Below are positions 49,201-62,300 of a stretch of 64,000 bases of DNA, piece after piece; the stretch's first letter is position 1; each line of letters opens with the position of its first letter. Under the pieces are notes generated by a model. The model was not told the origin of the DNA and did no database searches. It worked only from the letters and a program-made list of their open reading frames with translations. Origin of the DNA: Fimbriosthenelais zetlandica (taxonomy: Eukaryota); NCBI GenBank assembly GCA_977030845.1, contig OZ365110.1, positions 53,010,001 to 53,074,000 of the forward strand, in the 5' to 3' direction. The position numbers and the translations under genes are program-made.

Positions 49201-52200
49201 TATACGAAGCTGAGTCAAATAAATGCACCTTCCAAGGATAACGCCAAGTACAACAATTTTTATGGGCGCTACAATTCAAAAGATTTCATTGAGTGTGATC
49301 GCTGACTTCAAAATACCTCAAGCAGAAATGACTTACAAATTTAGAGTGGTAAATTTAAAAGCCAATTCTTAACTGGGTAGAAATTATATAAGAGGGATTT
49401 TTAAAATTCTTATTATATAAATAAAGACCATCAAACTTTGAAAGGTATTTGTGTAAGGAACCTTGAACATTGGTCCATAAGAAACCCATCAGGTGCCATT
49501 CAAATATTTTAATGGAGCGGATACAGAGAAGCGGTTTTTTGGTGGCCCTGCGAAAAAGCGTATAAAAAGTCCATAAAAAATCGCGTCGCAACCGAAAAAC
49601 GCTTTCATAAGGGTTCGCAAAATTATAAACCCGAGCCTCCCGCATTCCGTAATTTCTGAATGGCCCTATAAGTGCTAACTAAAGGGGACAGAATGACAAA
49701 CGAACTTGTTCAGGTAGAGAGACATATCACGTCTGCTTCACACGCCATTAAGCTAGGATTAAAATATGTAGGAAGAAGAGGTCTCTTTTATGTACCAGAC
49801 AAATTGCTGCCATTTTTTTAAGAACTGAACTAAATGTAAAGTAACAACGTAATACTGAACTCAAGTAGGCCTCAATTTGTTGTATTACATTTACGTAGAC
49901 CGTCTAACAGAATTCTATCATTTCTTTTTCTGCTTTCGATGGTATTTCTGATATATCCGTAATCTTTAACCAGTCAAATACTATTAGATGAATTCTAAAA
50001 TCTAATAATAATGCATGGAAAACATCAGCCAAAATAATCCTGGGTGGATTAACCGATTAACAAAGGTTAAACCCTGGTAGAGATATGAATTATCATACTC
50101 AAAATACATGTATACAGTACCTTGGCATTTCCATTGTGAAGACAATGTGGAGGTGTGTGGAGATATGTTTGCTTCTATATATACAAGTGTTTACACCAGC
50201 CAAACAAAAACACGTCCCTTTATGTCCATAGATGTAGAGAAATGTCCACATAAAAGGTGAGGCAGGAGGAATGCACCACGGACAAGTGGTTGGGTCAATA
50301 GTGGAGAACGCCAATTATCCCTGAGATAAACTTTGAGGTGAGTAAGTTCATAACCAAGACTGACCGTCTCTACTACACCCAGTCATCTCTAATTGCAAGA
50401 TTCCTCCCTCCGCCTCTACTGAACAGAGATTTTTTAATTAAGCTTATCTCGAATGTAACTTGAATAAATGGTTCAATTTATTAAAGATATTGTCACTAAT
50501 ATGCTAACTGATGATATGTAAGTTACAGATAAATGGCTTTCCACCAGGGTGCAACCAAAAGATAACGACTAACGCATGAACAAATGAGAGGGAGGTATCA
50601 ATTGCCGAAGCTTTTTGTCTTCCTATTACGAAAGATATGCTCCAGAAATATGACACTCGGATATCCAAAACATTTTTATGACCCCCTTTTCATCCTTTCC
50701 ACACTGCTGTTCCTCTGTGATAATTTAGAGGGGATTACATGAAAATTCATTCTGGAGGAGCCCCAGCTCGCTGATGAAAGTGATTAATTTTTTCAAACAA
50801 ATCCCATCATAAGCTAGTGGATGACGGGCGAGCGTAACATGCTCTATTGCTGGGCGATTCATGTCAGGGTAATGTGACTTCTATTTATAGAATAAATGTC
50901 ATGATCTTGCCTTAATATTTGCCCTGATGTTAGTGTGGCAATGTCTAGTCCTTCCTCCAATATTTAGCGTTCAAAATCAAAGTTTGGATTGTAGGATTCA
51001 AAACTAAAAGATTTCAAAACGTATGACCGGCTTCAACTGACTTAGTTTTCTTTGCAATGAAATGCTGATATGCATTCATCTGATATGGATTAACTTAATC
51101 CAGAAAGAGGATACGATTAGCAAGGATTAAGAGTGATAATAAGATAATATTAATTTCATGTAAACGTGCAGTATCAGAGATAGGGTAAAATCTACAAAGA
51201 GAAAATGAAGCAGAGTGTAGATATTTGGGCGACCGAACTAACAAATCACCAGATACAACTACCAACAGACAGGATGGCAGTACATGTAATACTACAGCAC
51301 TTCAGAAGGACCAACACGACTATCATTTTCATACATGTAAGTACATATAACCAGGCATATCACTAATCTTACTTTTTTGTCAGATCAAAGGACACCAGTG
51401 GCGTAATATACAGGAGGGCTTACCCAGATAATACTGAACAATATCTCAGAGAAAAATAAGCTATACAACAGAAAATCAAAGGTTGATGTATTAAAATATG
51501 CACATTCAAATCCAGAAATGGCCATAAGAAACCATCGTTTTGTCTTTGGTAAATTTGTGCTGCCCTATATTATCATAAGTTAAATACGTATATATTTTTT
51601 TTGTCCATTAGTTATCATTTTTGTTGATTTTTATTTGGAGAGGAAGGCTTCAGATGTGTTTATTTTTTCTAGGTTTATGATCCAGGGCTAACCTAATCGT
51701 TCCTCGGCTGGTCTGGGTGTTGGCTGGCTGGCAATACAAAGTCATGAAGACTGGCCATCAGCCAAATAGTCCGTCTGACCGCCCATGATACCTGCCTACT
51801 GTGGCCCAGAAGCACGATTAATGATCTACTACATATTAACCTAGTTCAAAGCCTAATTTTCAGCTTAATTTAATACATTTTTCAAAGCCAAGCCAAGTTC
51901 AAGTAGGACAGAAATCAAAATTACTGTGGATATTATAGCTGGTTATATTTCAGACTTATTTTCTTGTTTCAGGCCACCGTACTATGACTGTGAATGTTCG
52001 CACTGATAGACATATTAATGGCATTTAAAAGAAAACCTGTGCCAAAATGCTAGAATTTGATTGCGGAAATAGTCCAACTTTAATATAGTGAATATCTACA
52101 TGATTGTCCGCGCCAATTTAGACTACACATACTGATTTTCGCGATCATATTTATCAAAATATTTTCTTAAAAAAAGGGATTTACATTGCTTGCCAAATCA

Positions 52201-55200
52201 TGTAATGCAAATATGAAATAACAAAAGATTCCCCGAATGCCTGCAGTCATGTTCTACTAGTGCTTTCTGGGTCAGTGCAAGTCCCATCTGTGCACCTTTC
52301 GATATATCATCGCCAGTCATTTTTAGGGAGACCTCTTGATCTTTACTTGACCATTACCAGAAACAATATTAGTTTCTGGAGGTGATAGAGTGGGGAAGAA
52401 AGAAAGTAAAGATTAGATTAGAAGTATAGGCAGTCCCTCCATGTAAGCAGGTAGATTACTCCACCTTTTGCCATAAATTGAATATGGCATACAGGTTGAG
52501 AGGGTTTCACCTTTTACATGATGTCTCTAACCACATCAAAGATTCATCATTTAAACACATTGAATCAACTTTGTTAAATTAAAGTATGTAAATTAACGTG
52601 AGCATCTTTAGCGCTCATTTCGTACCAACAAGCGCCTGTGAAGGTTTAGGCTAAATTTGTACAGGGGATACTGTCACGACCTTCAATAGATTTAAACAAG
52701 TCTTTTTGTAAGAGTGAGGCAAATCCAAAGATCGAAAATTGAATAAAAAGAAAATAAAAGAGATGAAAAGCTTCCAAGTACACTGTATGGGAAGCTTGAA
52801 ACTATTTCAAGTTGCGGCCAGGTTTCTATGGACGGCTGGGGGAGTGCGGTACCTTTACTATGGGGGAAAAGTTCAACCAGTACCCTTTAACATCGGAATA
52901 ATAATGTTTTGATCTGTAAACTTCAATGCTACACTGGAAGAGCCATTCTGAGTCTATTCACATTTTGATATGTGACACAAACAGCAGCGAGATACTGTCA
53001 GGGTGAAATAGAAAGAGATCTACCCTCGACTATTATAAATCTATAATTTAATCTACCATACTGATAAATAAGCGGATACATAGAAAAACAGTGACGGGCA
53101 TGAAAATGCCCCTCCACATTTTCCACACGGCAAAGTCGATTATTTTTTATAAGGACAGTACCTGGTCGCAATTTGTTTGAATCTATTAAATCGTAAGATG
53201 ATTTTTAAACAATGATGGATGGAAAATAAAGTATTTTCTTTTCATATGGAGATGAGCTCTAATACCCATTATAGAAAAGTAATATGCATGATGCACGTAG
53301 GAGCAAGATTTAAGTACCGGTACTATATTATCATGCGTGTTTATCATGTTGCACCTCAGAATAGGAACATTCGGACAACTATACATGTACATATATCCCA
53401 TAGATGTGTAGCAGTAATTAGTAATCCATATAGGATGCACACTAATCCATGGAGATAAGCCACTAGAACTCCCTATAGCACCAATAGATTATCAATAGTC
53501 TGATTCGACATCCATTCCTGGAGGAGGAGGCAGTGCTGTAGTAAAAATACCCTGAGATCTGTATACAAGTCCCACGGGTAGAGAAGTTCCCATATACAAT
53601 GAGTTTATACTTTTATATAGTATGTATGTGAGGTACAATTGGAATGTCTCGCATCATTTAGAACGGTAGACAAATATAAACTCTACATCCCCCCCCCCCC
53701 CCACCACCCCACCCCCTCACCACTTGATAAAATGATATATATCACGCAGTATTTATTTATAAACGGAAATAACTGGTTAGATGATATATATACAGTTTGC
53801 TAACTTTTTTTTCAAATTTTGTTGCCATAGACCTAATTTGATAAGGTATCTTGATTGGCTATAGGCCTACTGTAGGCCTACATCTTGATTTAGCAAATAA
53901 TTATCCTTTCTGCAAGTAAATCAAATTGAAAATGGCAACAAAGTAAGGGGGTATGCAAAATGATGATCTCACTCTATCCAACATGATCCAACATAAACTG
54001 CAATTTTCTTTTCTGCTTGAAGAAAATGTATAGTGTTTTTTAACCAAAATAATGTTAGCTGGTTTACTGTCATCATGCTGGGGAATATTTATAGTTCAAT
54101 GTTTATATGGAGTGAGCCAAACAGTGGCCTATTGATTAGCAGATCCCTAACATTACACATGGCTGAAAATAGGAACAGAAACAATGCTTCCCTCAACACG
54201 GACACCAGGGGTCATGGTGTTCTGGGACTATGCTCCACCAGGCAATATTTTCCTAGTTGGCAAAAAGTCAATTATTAATCCTGTTTATTCTCACACCTTT
54301 AAGGCTTAGTCCTATAGTTCCAAAATATCTTTATATTTATTAGAAGAGGAGCCTATGATTTACAAGGACCTAACTCTGATCCTCCATGATACTTGATCCC
54401 AGAAAGGGAAACCAATCATATATGGTAAAGAACTTGTTACATTCATGACTGAAACTGAGGCATAGATTCTGTTCATTAAGATAGAAAACACTAATGTTAA
54501 AGCCTAGCCTATATATTTTATTCTGATACATTTTATTTTAATTATTTCTGGTAGGCCTACTGGAACCAACAAGCAGATCAAAATAACACTAACAATCCTC
54601 CGCGAGCTAGTAGGAAAATAATCTCTTTGTTTTTACGCAAAATTCTTTGTTCTATCAGAACCAAGCATACAACAATGAAAGGAAAAAGACCAAAATAGAT
54701 TGAGTGTGAGTCATACAAATTGGTCAGATGGCAAAGTGCTCCGTATGGAGTAGGATACATTGGCCTATCATCAAATGATTTTTCATTTCCAAGATCTGAA
54801 TTATATATTTTCCATTTCCAATCTGATGAAGGAAGACACTAATATTTTGTACCAGACATAGCCTGATATCAGTTCTAAAGGAATGGTGGCTAGGCCTTAG
54901 GCCTACCAGACATGTCATTTGTCAAGACAAAAAGAATTTTGTAGTAAGACGACAGAAGCCTGAGAAGGCATTGCTCAAGTAAAAATGACAATTTTAATTC
55001 CATGTAGGCCTAGGTAGGCATTCCTTTTAGTTCTATACCGTCCCTTTACACAGTCATGGAAAGGGATCGATACAGGCCTCATAGACAGTTAGGCCTACTG
55101 ATTTAGAGCATAGATAATAGTAGAAGAGATCTATAGGCTAGATAATGTTTAGAAATTAACCTTAATTAGAAACACGAAGGGCGAATATTATATGTTCCTT

Positions 55201-57584
55201 CAATATAATCTATAATGGATAGATATGCCTATCTTTGAAGTTTCTAATCAGACTGAGTTGGTAAGGCCCTAGCCCTTATGTCATGAAGCCTAATGACTGA
55301 TGTCACGAGGGGGTCTTGTGAGCAACTCAGTTGCGAGTTGGGTTCAATACACAACCCCTATTTTTCAGTTATTTCAGAATCAACAGCCATGAGAGTGATA
55401 AATAAATGATTGGAAAGGCCAGTCCACATGATAACTTTCACTGCAGGGTACAGGTTTTGGGTTTCAGAGGATATTTTTGCAGCTTTCAACCCCTATTGGA
55501 ACAAAGGCACTGGTGACAGAGGCCCCTAGTGAGAGTAGGCCTATCTACAGCAGCAGGGATAAACTTCAGTGACTTCAACTGGCTGTAAAGATGACAGCGC
55601 AGGAGGAGGGGGTTTTCTCCCCGTCTATACAAACAACAAATCAACATGCACATCATTTCTAGCACTTCACATATTTCCCTGGCTAAGTAGAACTAACTTG
55701 ACACAATGACATCAACGAATTCACCCACCTTACGACCAAAAAATAGCGGGAGACAGTCAAGATGCTGGAGGGGCAGTGAGAGGAGCAGTGGCCTGCATGT
55801 TTTCATCCAGTTGTGGTAAATATTGTAACGTCAGAGGTTTATGGGTACATGTCTGGTTAGTTGTCTGAGTACCTCATCATCAGTACTTGTGGTGGGGAAA
55901 TGTAGGTGGCACTGGCTTCCCGCCAAGATTTGGCATGATTGATTGGTGGGTTCAAACAGTTAGTCTGTGGTTCAAACCACAAAATGTTTTTTATTTTGGA
56001 GTGATCGGCCTGCAGAAGCTGATGTTAGACTAAAAGCAAAGTCATAGGGGCAATAGACAACCATAGACAACTCGTTCTAAGGCTAAAGGCCTAGGCTATG
56101 GAAGGGGCCAACCTGGGATCTATTCTATAGGCAAATCCTATCTAGGCCTAATGCCACTCAATGACACAGAAACTTAGGGTGAGTGTCCCCAGAGACCCTA
56201 TATGAGGCCTATATATGAGGTCTCTGGTGTCCCGAAACCACCCCTTCGTAGTAGGCCAATTATTATAGCCAGATCGACCTATATAGGCCTACAGTCTGTC
56301 CAAACTACGTTGGACCGAAACCACAGTAGGCCTAGATCTAGGGTGGTTTCGGTCCAACTTAGTTTGGACAGACTATAGGCTATCTAGCCTATGGACCTAG
56401 GCCTATCAATTTAAGGTAGCCTACCGTAGGCCTAGCAGTGGTAGGCCTAGGCCTCGGCCTAGCCCTAATACTAGCCTACTTGTTAGCATATTGGCCTAGC
56501 CTAATAGGCCCTATGTATATGAAAAATAATAACAATCGATAGCCTTAACTTTACGACCTATCTAGTAGGCCTAAGCCTATGCCTAGACCTTATCAAGTCT
56601 TTGTCTAAATATTTAAACGCAATTCTCAGTTCCCACAATTTTGCAATCTGATAACACTAACATGCAGACCTGTAGGCAAGGCCCCGCCCCCACCCCCCGG
56701 GTCTAGCTATTGTGTAGGCCTAGCTATAGGCCTACCTAGGCCTATAGTTAGGCCTATAGCTTATAACCTAGTGAATAACCTAGGCTCATGCCGGCCTCAC
56801 CCTAGCCTATATTATGTATATTATAGGGCCTACAGCAGGGGCCTGTGTCAACATAATTTCTTCATTCTTGTCATACAGAGTTGACATTAAAAACAATAGC
56901 GTAGGCAGGACAATTTATAGGCCTATAGGGGCCCCCTGTACGGGTAGGCTGTTGGTATTTGGTCGATGGATTTTCTGATGGTTCTTTAGGATGGCTTGCA
57001 TTAAAATGGCAAAATTTCAATAGCCTGTATGGGGATGATGGGAAGCATAAGATCCGGGCCAACTGCTTGAAGTGCAGCTATAAGCATATTCTCCATTGAA
57101 GCTTTTGATGCGAATGATAGGAATAAAAATGATAATATTATAGGCCTATATGTATTGCGTATTAGGTTATTTTGGCCTACACACATCGCTTGGATATTGA
57201 ATTTAATTCACGCTTGACCTAGAACCCATGACCCAAACCTAGATATTTAATAAGAATAGGGCCTACAACACATACAAATGGGTCAGATTTAAAAATGATA
57301 AAATTGATAATAAAAAACGACAGTTATTCTTTGTACAAATGCAACTGCTAGGGATACTTCATATTACATAATTCTATTCTTTGTACAAATGCAACTGCTA
57401 GGGATACTTCATATTACATAATTCTTATTATAGCGTATCTCTTTTTGGAAAAGACAGGTGGTCCATGCATAAAAAGTTAAAATGTTAGATTTACTTACCA
57501 AAAATGTTCCATAAAATCCATGCCCCAAGAGAAGGTGTTACTGGTATTCCCAAGTGATAGAAGTGGAGAGAATCTAGCAGCCAT
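40298..57584 (-). CDS. RHOBTB: Rho-related BTB domain-containing protein (RhoBTB1/2-like; 731 aa from Met 44777, 779 aa if the distal exon is used)
   Basis: Exons [57584-57499], 44835-44580, 44345-44239, 44065-43874, 43455-43104, 42733-42094, 41985-41867, 41472-41227, 40982-40834, 40490-40298 are phase-compatible. P-loop GDSGVGKT, RhoBTB-type LWDTFG, split BTB1, BTB2 ([18 protein letters not shown]), C-terminal RWPPVWYLKE. The distal first exon is supported only by its in-frame join and a GTAAGT donor. Confidence 0.92.
40621..40703 (+). repeat. Degenerate telomere-like (TTAGGG/GGTTAG) tract in the last RhoBTB intron
   Basis: About a dozen imperfect TTAGG(G) units, e.g. ttagggcttaggttagggttagg. 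Confidence 0.65.
41496..41797 (-). mobile_element. tRNA-derived SINE family A, near full length
   Basis: Minus strand reads GGGGAGTTAGGTCCGTTGGTTAGAGCG..CTCATAC..GGTTCAATCCCCG (A- and B-box), then a ~200-bp body and an A-rich tail. Four related copies in the window. Confidence 0.88.
42795..42986 (-). mobile_element. tRNA-derived SINE family A, internally deleted copy
   Basis: Intact head GGGGAGTTAGCTCAGTTGGTTAGAGCG and B-box GGTTCAATCC. Body lacks ~110 bp relative to 41496-41797. A-rich tail. Confidence 0.85.
43520..43805 (+). mobile_element. SINE family B (MetaSINE/MESC-like), 5'-truncated
   Basis: B-box GGTTCGAACC followed by GGTCATACCAAAGACT..GCTTGGCACTCAGCA..GTCAGTATAATGTGACTGGGTG..GCACTATAAAA..CCGTCATGATATAACTGAAAAATTGTTG. 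This resembles the conserved Meta-type SINE body as I recall it; not database-checked. Confidence 0.65.
46060..46160 (+). repeat. Polypurine (GGAA/GGGAAGG) low-complexity tract
   Basis: Nearly pure G/A run with a repeated unit GGAAGGAGGGATCGAG. Confidence 0.75.
48616..48775. mobile_element. Degenerate Tc1/mariner-like MITE
   Basis: TA|CAGTGCCCCCCTCCCTCAACCGACC ... GGCCAGTTTAAGCGGGAGCACTG|TA; TA flanks and a degenerate TIR. Confidence 0.5.
56292..56375. repeat. Short foldback inverted repeat, possibly a minimal MITE
   Basis: AGTCTGTCCAAACTACGTTGGACCGAAACCAC and GTGGTTTCGGTCCAACTTAGTTTGGACAGACT form 32-bp arms with one mismatch around an 18-bp spacer. TA on both flanks. Confidence 0.75.
57325..57424 (+). 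repeat. Exact 50-bp tandem duplication
   Basis: tattctttgtacaaatgcaactgctagggatacttcatattacataattc occurs twice head to tail. Confidence 0.9.
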
Positions 57585-59356
57585 TGAGCGATCCTTACGA
57601 TGTCCCACCAGCAGTCTATATACGAACTGTTTCCACTTTAAATCTAACAATACTATATGTAGTGCTTATATTTAGTAGGCCTGCATGGACATCACAGTCA
57701 TGTATTTGTCACCAACTGGGTCGTTTCAGGTGAAACTCCTGTATACAAACACTCATAATAGTCTGTATAGTCCTATTGTAGACCCTTTATAATGGTTATT
57801 ACTTTCAAGTAAATAACATTGACCTTCTAGAAACTAGAATTAAAAATAGAACCCAAATTATGTGTAAGCTTACCGTAAGTACTATTTTCGTCCTGCCCAC
57901 TACGTTACGGTACAGTAACGGTATAGGCTTAAAATAATTTTAATGAATGTAGGCATAATACTATAAAAGCTAATAAAATCTGGACCTAAACATATCTAGT
58001 TTTGAATACTTTGTTGCATGTAGAGGTTAAGTTCCACAGAGTACGGTATTTTAATCTAGGCCTAATGTTTATAGAGGAAAATGATATTTCATTATGAATA
58101 GTATTATAGGAATTCGGGTTATTTTGCTTTGACGTATCTAATTGTTGGATTTGTTATTTTCAGATGGAGAGGGATACAATTGAATTATATATAAACAACC
58201 ATGTAAGTTCTTATACTTATATAGGAGCAATAGGTACTATGTGCATGTTGGTCTAAATGTCCTGTTATGGGGAACACCACATTATATAAGCATTTAATAT
58301 TATACCCCTCTAACATGAAAACGAACTCGATGACATATATATATTTATAATGCCGAGTCCAGAAGCAGGTCAGTGTTCTGGTCTTAGATTTGTAGGATTT
58401 ACAAATAATATTTTAGGCCTATATCTAGTTCTACGATCCTCCCACTCAGTCTCTAATAAGTTCCACTCGGCCTATAGTTTGTAACCAATTCCAATTATAC
58501 AATAGGCCTACCTATTTGAATGGTGGACAGAAATATTGGAGAAATTGTCTAAATTAAATATCCCATTATATATATTCCCTTGCTTGTGGTGCAGAAAATT
58601 TTCCCATAATATTTTGTGTCAAAACATGTGGACTATCTTGCCAATGATCATGTATATAATATAAACATGCTCATTGGCATGGTATATATATATAGGCCTA
58701 TGCTGCTTAGGCCTATGCTGCAATCGATGTGTCACCTCCCCTAATTAACTCGACGCCTAGCCTATTTAACATATTTTCACCCTCCTATGTTTTAAAAAGA
58801 TAAATAAGCCTATATAGACCTAGGCATATTTCCACCTGAGTAGGTATCGCCTATTATGATCTATTAGGCCTATAGGCCAGCCTAGCCCGCGGCTGCTAGG
58901 ATTTTGGCCTAGCTTATATTGACTACCCGTAGGCCAAAGGCCTAGGCCTAGCTTTAGGACCTGAAAGCCTTAATTGGCCCACCCATATTGTGCATTTATA
59001 GGTCTATAAGCCTTTATAGGCCTAGGCCCTATAGGCCTACAAAATAGGGCGAGAATAATAATAGGGTCCCTAGGCCTACCGTATGAAAAATGGCTGAGGT
59101 TAAAATGAAACCCCTTGAATCATTAGGGCCTATCGTTAGTTTTGTTTTATTTTTCGCTTTATTGTCCCCATACAAGCTCTGAAATGGTTTTATGTAAGGT
59201 AGGTTCCCGTCCCTACCCCTGTCATGTGCACAGTGAGTGAGTCCCTCGTGATCATGAGCCTGAGGTACTCTGGCGATCCACATCCCCATCCTCCCACTAC
59301 GCAGGTCTCCACCACACACAAACTGATGACGTAGTCCACAGGCACCTCCTGCCAAT

Positions 59357-62300
59357 ATGTCACGCGTAGACCTTAGCAAGAATCGTACAGCCTTATTGGC
59401 GGCTTACGACGATGTCAGCAACCCTAAATGCAAGACAACATGGTAAGTAAAACTTTATTCTAGCAGGAAATTAATTTTGAGCGTTCGATTGAGGAAATTA
59501 GCTTCGCGCGCGGAACTTTTCTGTGGTGAATTCCGGACACCGGCTTCCGCACTCCATCATTGATGGGCCTGGGCCCTGGCTATAGCGCTTCCTGAAACTC
59601 TGACTCAGTCGCTCGTGTGACTGTGAGCTTGTGATAAATAGATCCCAGGGCCAAGGGTGCTGTTTGTGATCTTTTTGTTCCGGTATACATGTATATAATC
59701 TGCTTTCGATACGTTACTTTTGTTGATTTTCTATTAGGCCTACCGTTTTATTTGTCGCCTTCCTTCACCTCATAAATTGTCATTGGCCTATTTTACGTGT
59801 TGGGAACTTTACCTGGGTAATATTTTTTTGTACACTGCATAGGCCTATGCCATAGTCGTGATTGCGATAACATTACCGTATCTCATTAATCAGATAGAGG
59901 AAGTTTCTGGCAGATGACCACTTAAGGGTAGGCCTATAACATTTGCTAAGAGTCGCCGAATGACTCATTCGGCTATAAGTTATAACGGCCTAGATGCTAC
60001 ATCACAGTAGCCGAGTAGGGCCTACGCCTACGGGTAGGCCTAGGCCTACCGGTACATGAATAATTGTCAATAAATCATGGAGCATAGCCAATAGCCTATG
60101 TACATGACGTATGGTACGGTATGGTGCAAATCACGGTGCATCTTTACTTTAGGCTATAAAGATACTATTCAACTGTTAGGAACTTAGGGTGATATGGGCC
60201 GTAGGCCTAAAATGTTAAAAATCATAAGGCCCTTATGCCTACAGTAGGCTAGATCTCTAGAGTCAGTTTCATCAACCGGTGTTATTATTAAATACATTAA
60301 TGTCTTCTATTTTTCCACAGGGTTGTGTATGGATATGAGGGCCAAAGCAACTGCTTAAAGGTCGTCTCCTCTGGAGGTACAGTGATCAGCCCTATTTAAT
60401 ATTTTATACCCCCCCCCCTCTCCCCCTGCCCCCACCTTTAAAAAAAATCCTGCTGGACCGGTACGGTACCGGTAATGACCTATTAGTAAATATTTCTTGA
60501 AATTTGTACATAAAAAGTCTGAAAAAAGGTTTCAAAGGCAGGAATAATATGAATAGATTATAGAGAAATTATTTAAAGTTGGAAATAACAATTACATAAT
60601 TTATAAATTTAGATGGCGATATAGAGGAGATGGTGGATGAGTTAAATAGTGGAAAAGTCATGTACGCCTACCTCCGTGTCATGGACTCCAACACTGGCCT
60701 CGCTAAATATGTTCTCGTTAACTGGGTAAGTTAATGATTTTCTTTAGCAATACATGTCATTACCGTATAATGGTAATTTAACTACGGTAACTTGATCATC
60801 AAAGATCATAACTACATGTATTTTCTTGCCACTTTTAGTGTTGTAGTACCGTACATTTATCTTTTTTTTTTTAAATTTTATTATTTAGCAAGGCGAAGGT
60901 GTGCCTGAGAACAAGAAAGGAACATATGCAAGTCATTTCAATGATGTTCAACATTTCTTTAGGGTAAGTTTTGATCTTATATAAAATCTATAAATAATAT
61001 TCGAATTCCCAAGCCTTAGGCCAGCATTTACAATAGTATCACTATTAGTGATACTATTTGACTTCATGACATAAATATGTTAATACAATGTGAAATTACA
61101 CGGGGCTTATAGCAAAATGTTTTTATGATGATAATAGTAACCTGTAATAATTGAATTATTGAGGAGTTGTTTTAATTGACCAGGGTGCGCATGTAACGAT
61201 TCAAGCTCGTACGGAGGATGATTTGGATGAAGAAACTGTGAAAGACAAAGTGGCCAAATCTTCAGGTTCCAACTACAGTTTCCACAAAGAGACGTCAAAA
61301 GCCTCCGACAATGAGGATATGGGACCCGTGGTAAGTCCTCATAGTCAGTTACTTTTTTTAACAAGTTATGTTCCAAATGAAATGTATATTATTTTCCCTA
61401 AATTTTTCGATTCCATTTTCCCAAAGACATTTTTAGTTTACGTGTATTTTGCTTAAAATTGTCTCTTAGTCTCAATTTTATACAAATTATTAGCTTGTAC
61501 GCAATGGGTTATATGATCAATGACTTATGTATAGGATTTTTGTTAACCCTTTTCCTTCCTTTGGTTTGCCTTTAATTTATTTTAATGTTTATGAACAGCC
61601 ACAACAGCCTGTGAGTATTTCTGTAGGAATAATATTGGCGCACTTACAAAAAATTGTCAAGATTTTAACTATCCCGGTTTCCCCTTCCACCCTCCTCTCA
61701 CGCCCTCAATTACATATTATGATACATCATCTCAAAAAATATAATTTTGCTTATTTACGGTCAATGGAAATTTTCGTTTCTGAATTGCACACTTGCAATA
61801 CACACTTGCAATTGATTCTGGGAAGGTTTCATAAATTTATTTTGTAACTGGATTTATTTTCTGGGGAGAAATACATGCTTAAATTCTCACTGCCCAATCT
61901 GATATACACTAAGAAGACATGTAAGTTAGCAGGTATCTATAAGAACCACGAATTTTGATACAGAAATAGTTAACTGGTGAAGAATTGCAGATTCCCTTAT
62001 AAAGTATTAAAGCATTCCAAAGGTAGTACCGTTAATGCCCGTCCCTGTTAGTTCTGCCCAAATCGCATGTTTTGGATAATGTGTTAAGACCTGGCGATAC
62101 TACAGGTAGGAATGCAACTCTATTTTAACCCTATCAAGAGGAATGGATATTTTATCGTGATCACTGGGAGAGCCCTGCAGAGATGAAAACTCGAGATGAG
62201 GGAACAAACTCGTCTTAGAATAATTTCTGATTTCTGAATCAGTGTAAATATTAATCCATATGATCCATATCTAAATACGAATGCAAATTAATTATTACTG

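Noticed and set aside
51700-51790. Hairpin (ttggctg..cagccaa) as a possible pre-miRNA
   Set aside because: Imperfect stem with a large loop and no recognisable mature miRNA seed family.
59029-59379. 116-aa minus-strand ORF overlapping the DBNL promoter
   Set aside because: TTG/GTG-type or weak start, no domain, and composition typical of promoter DNA.
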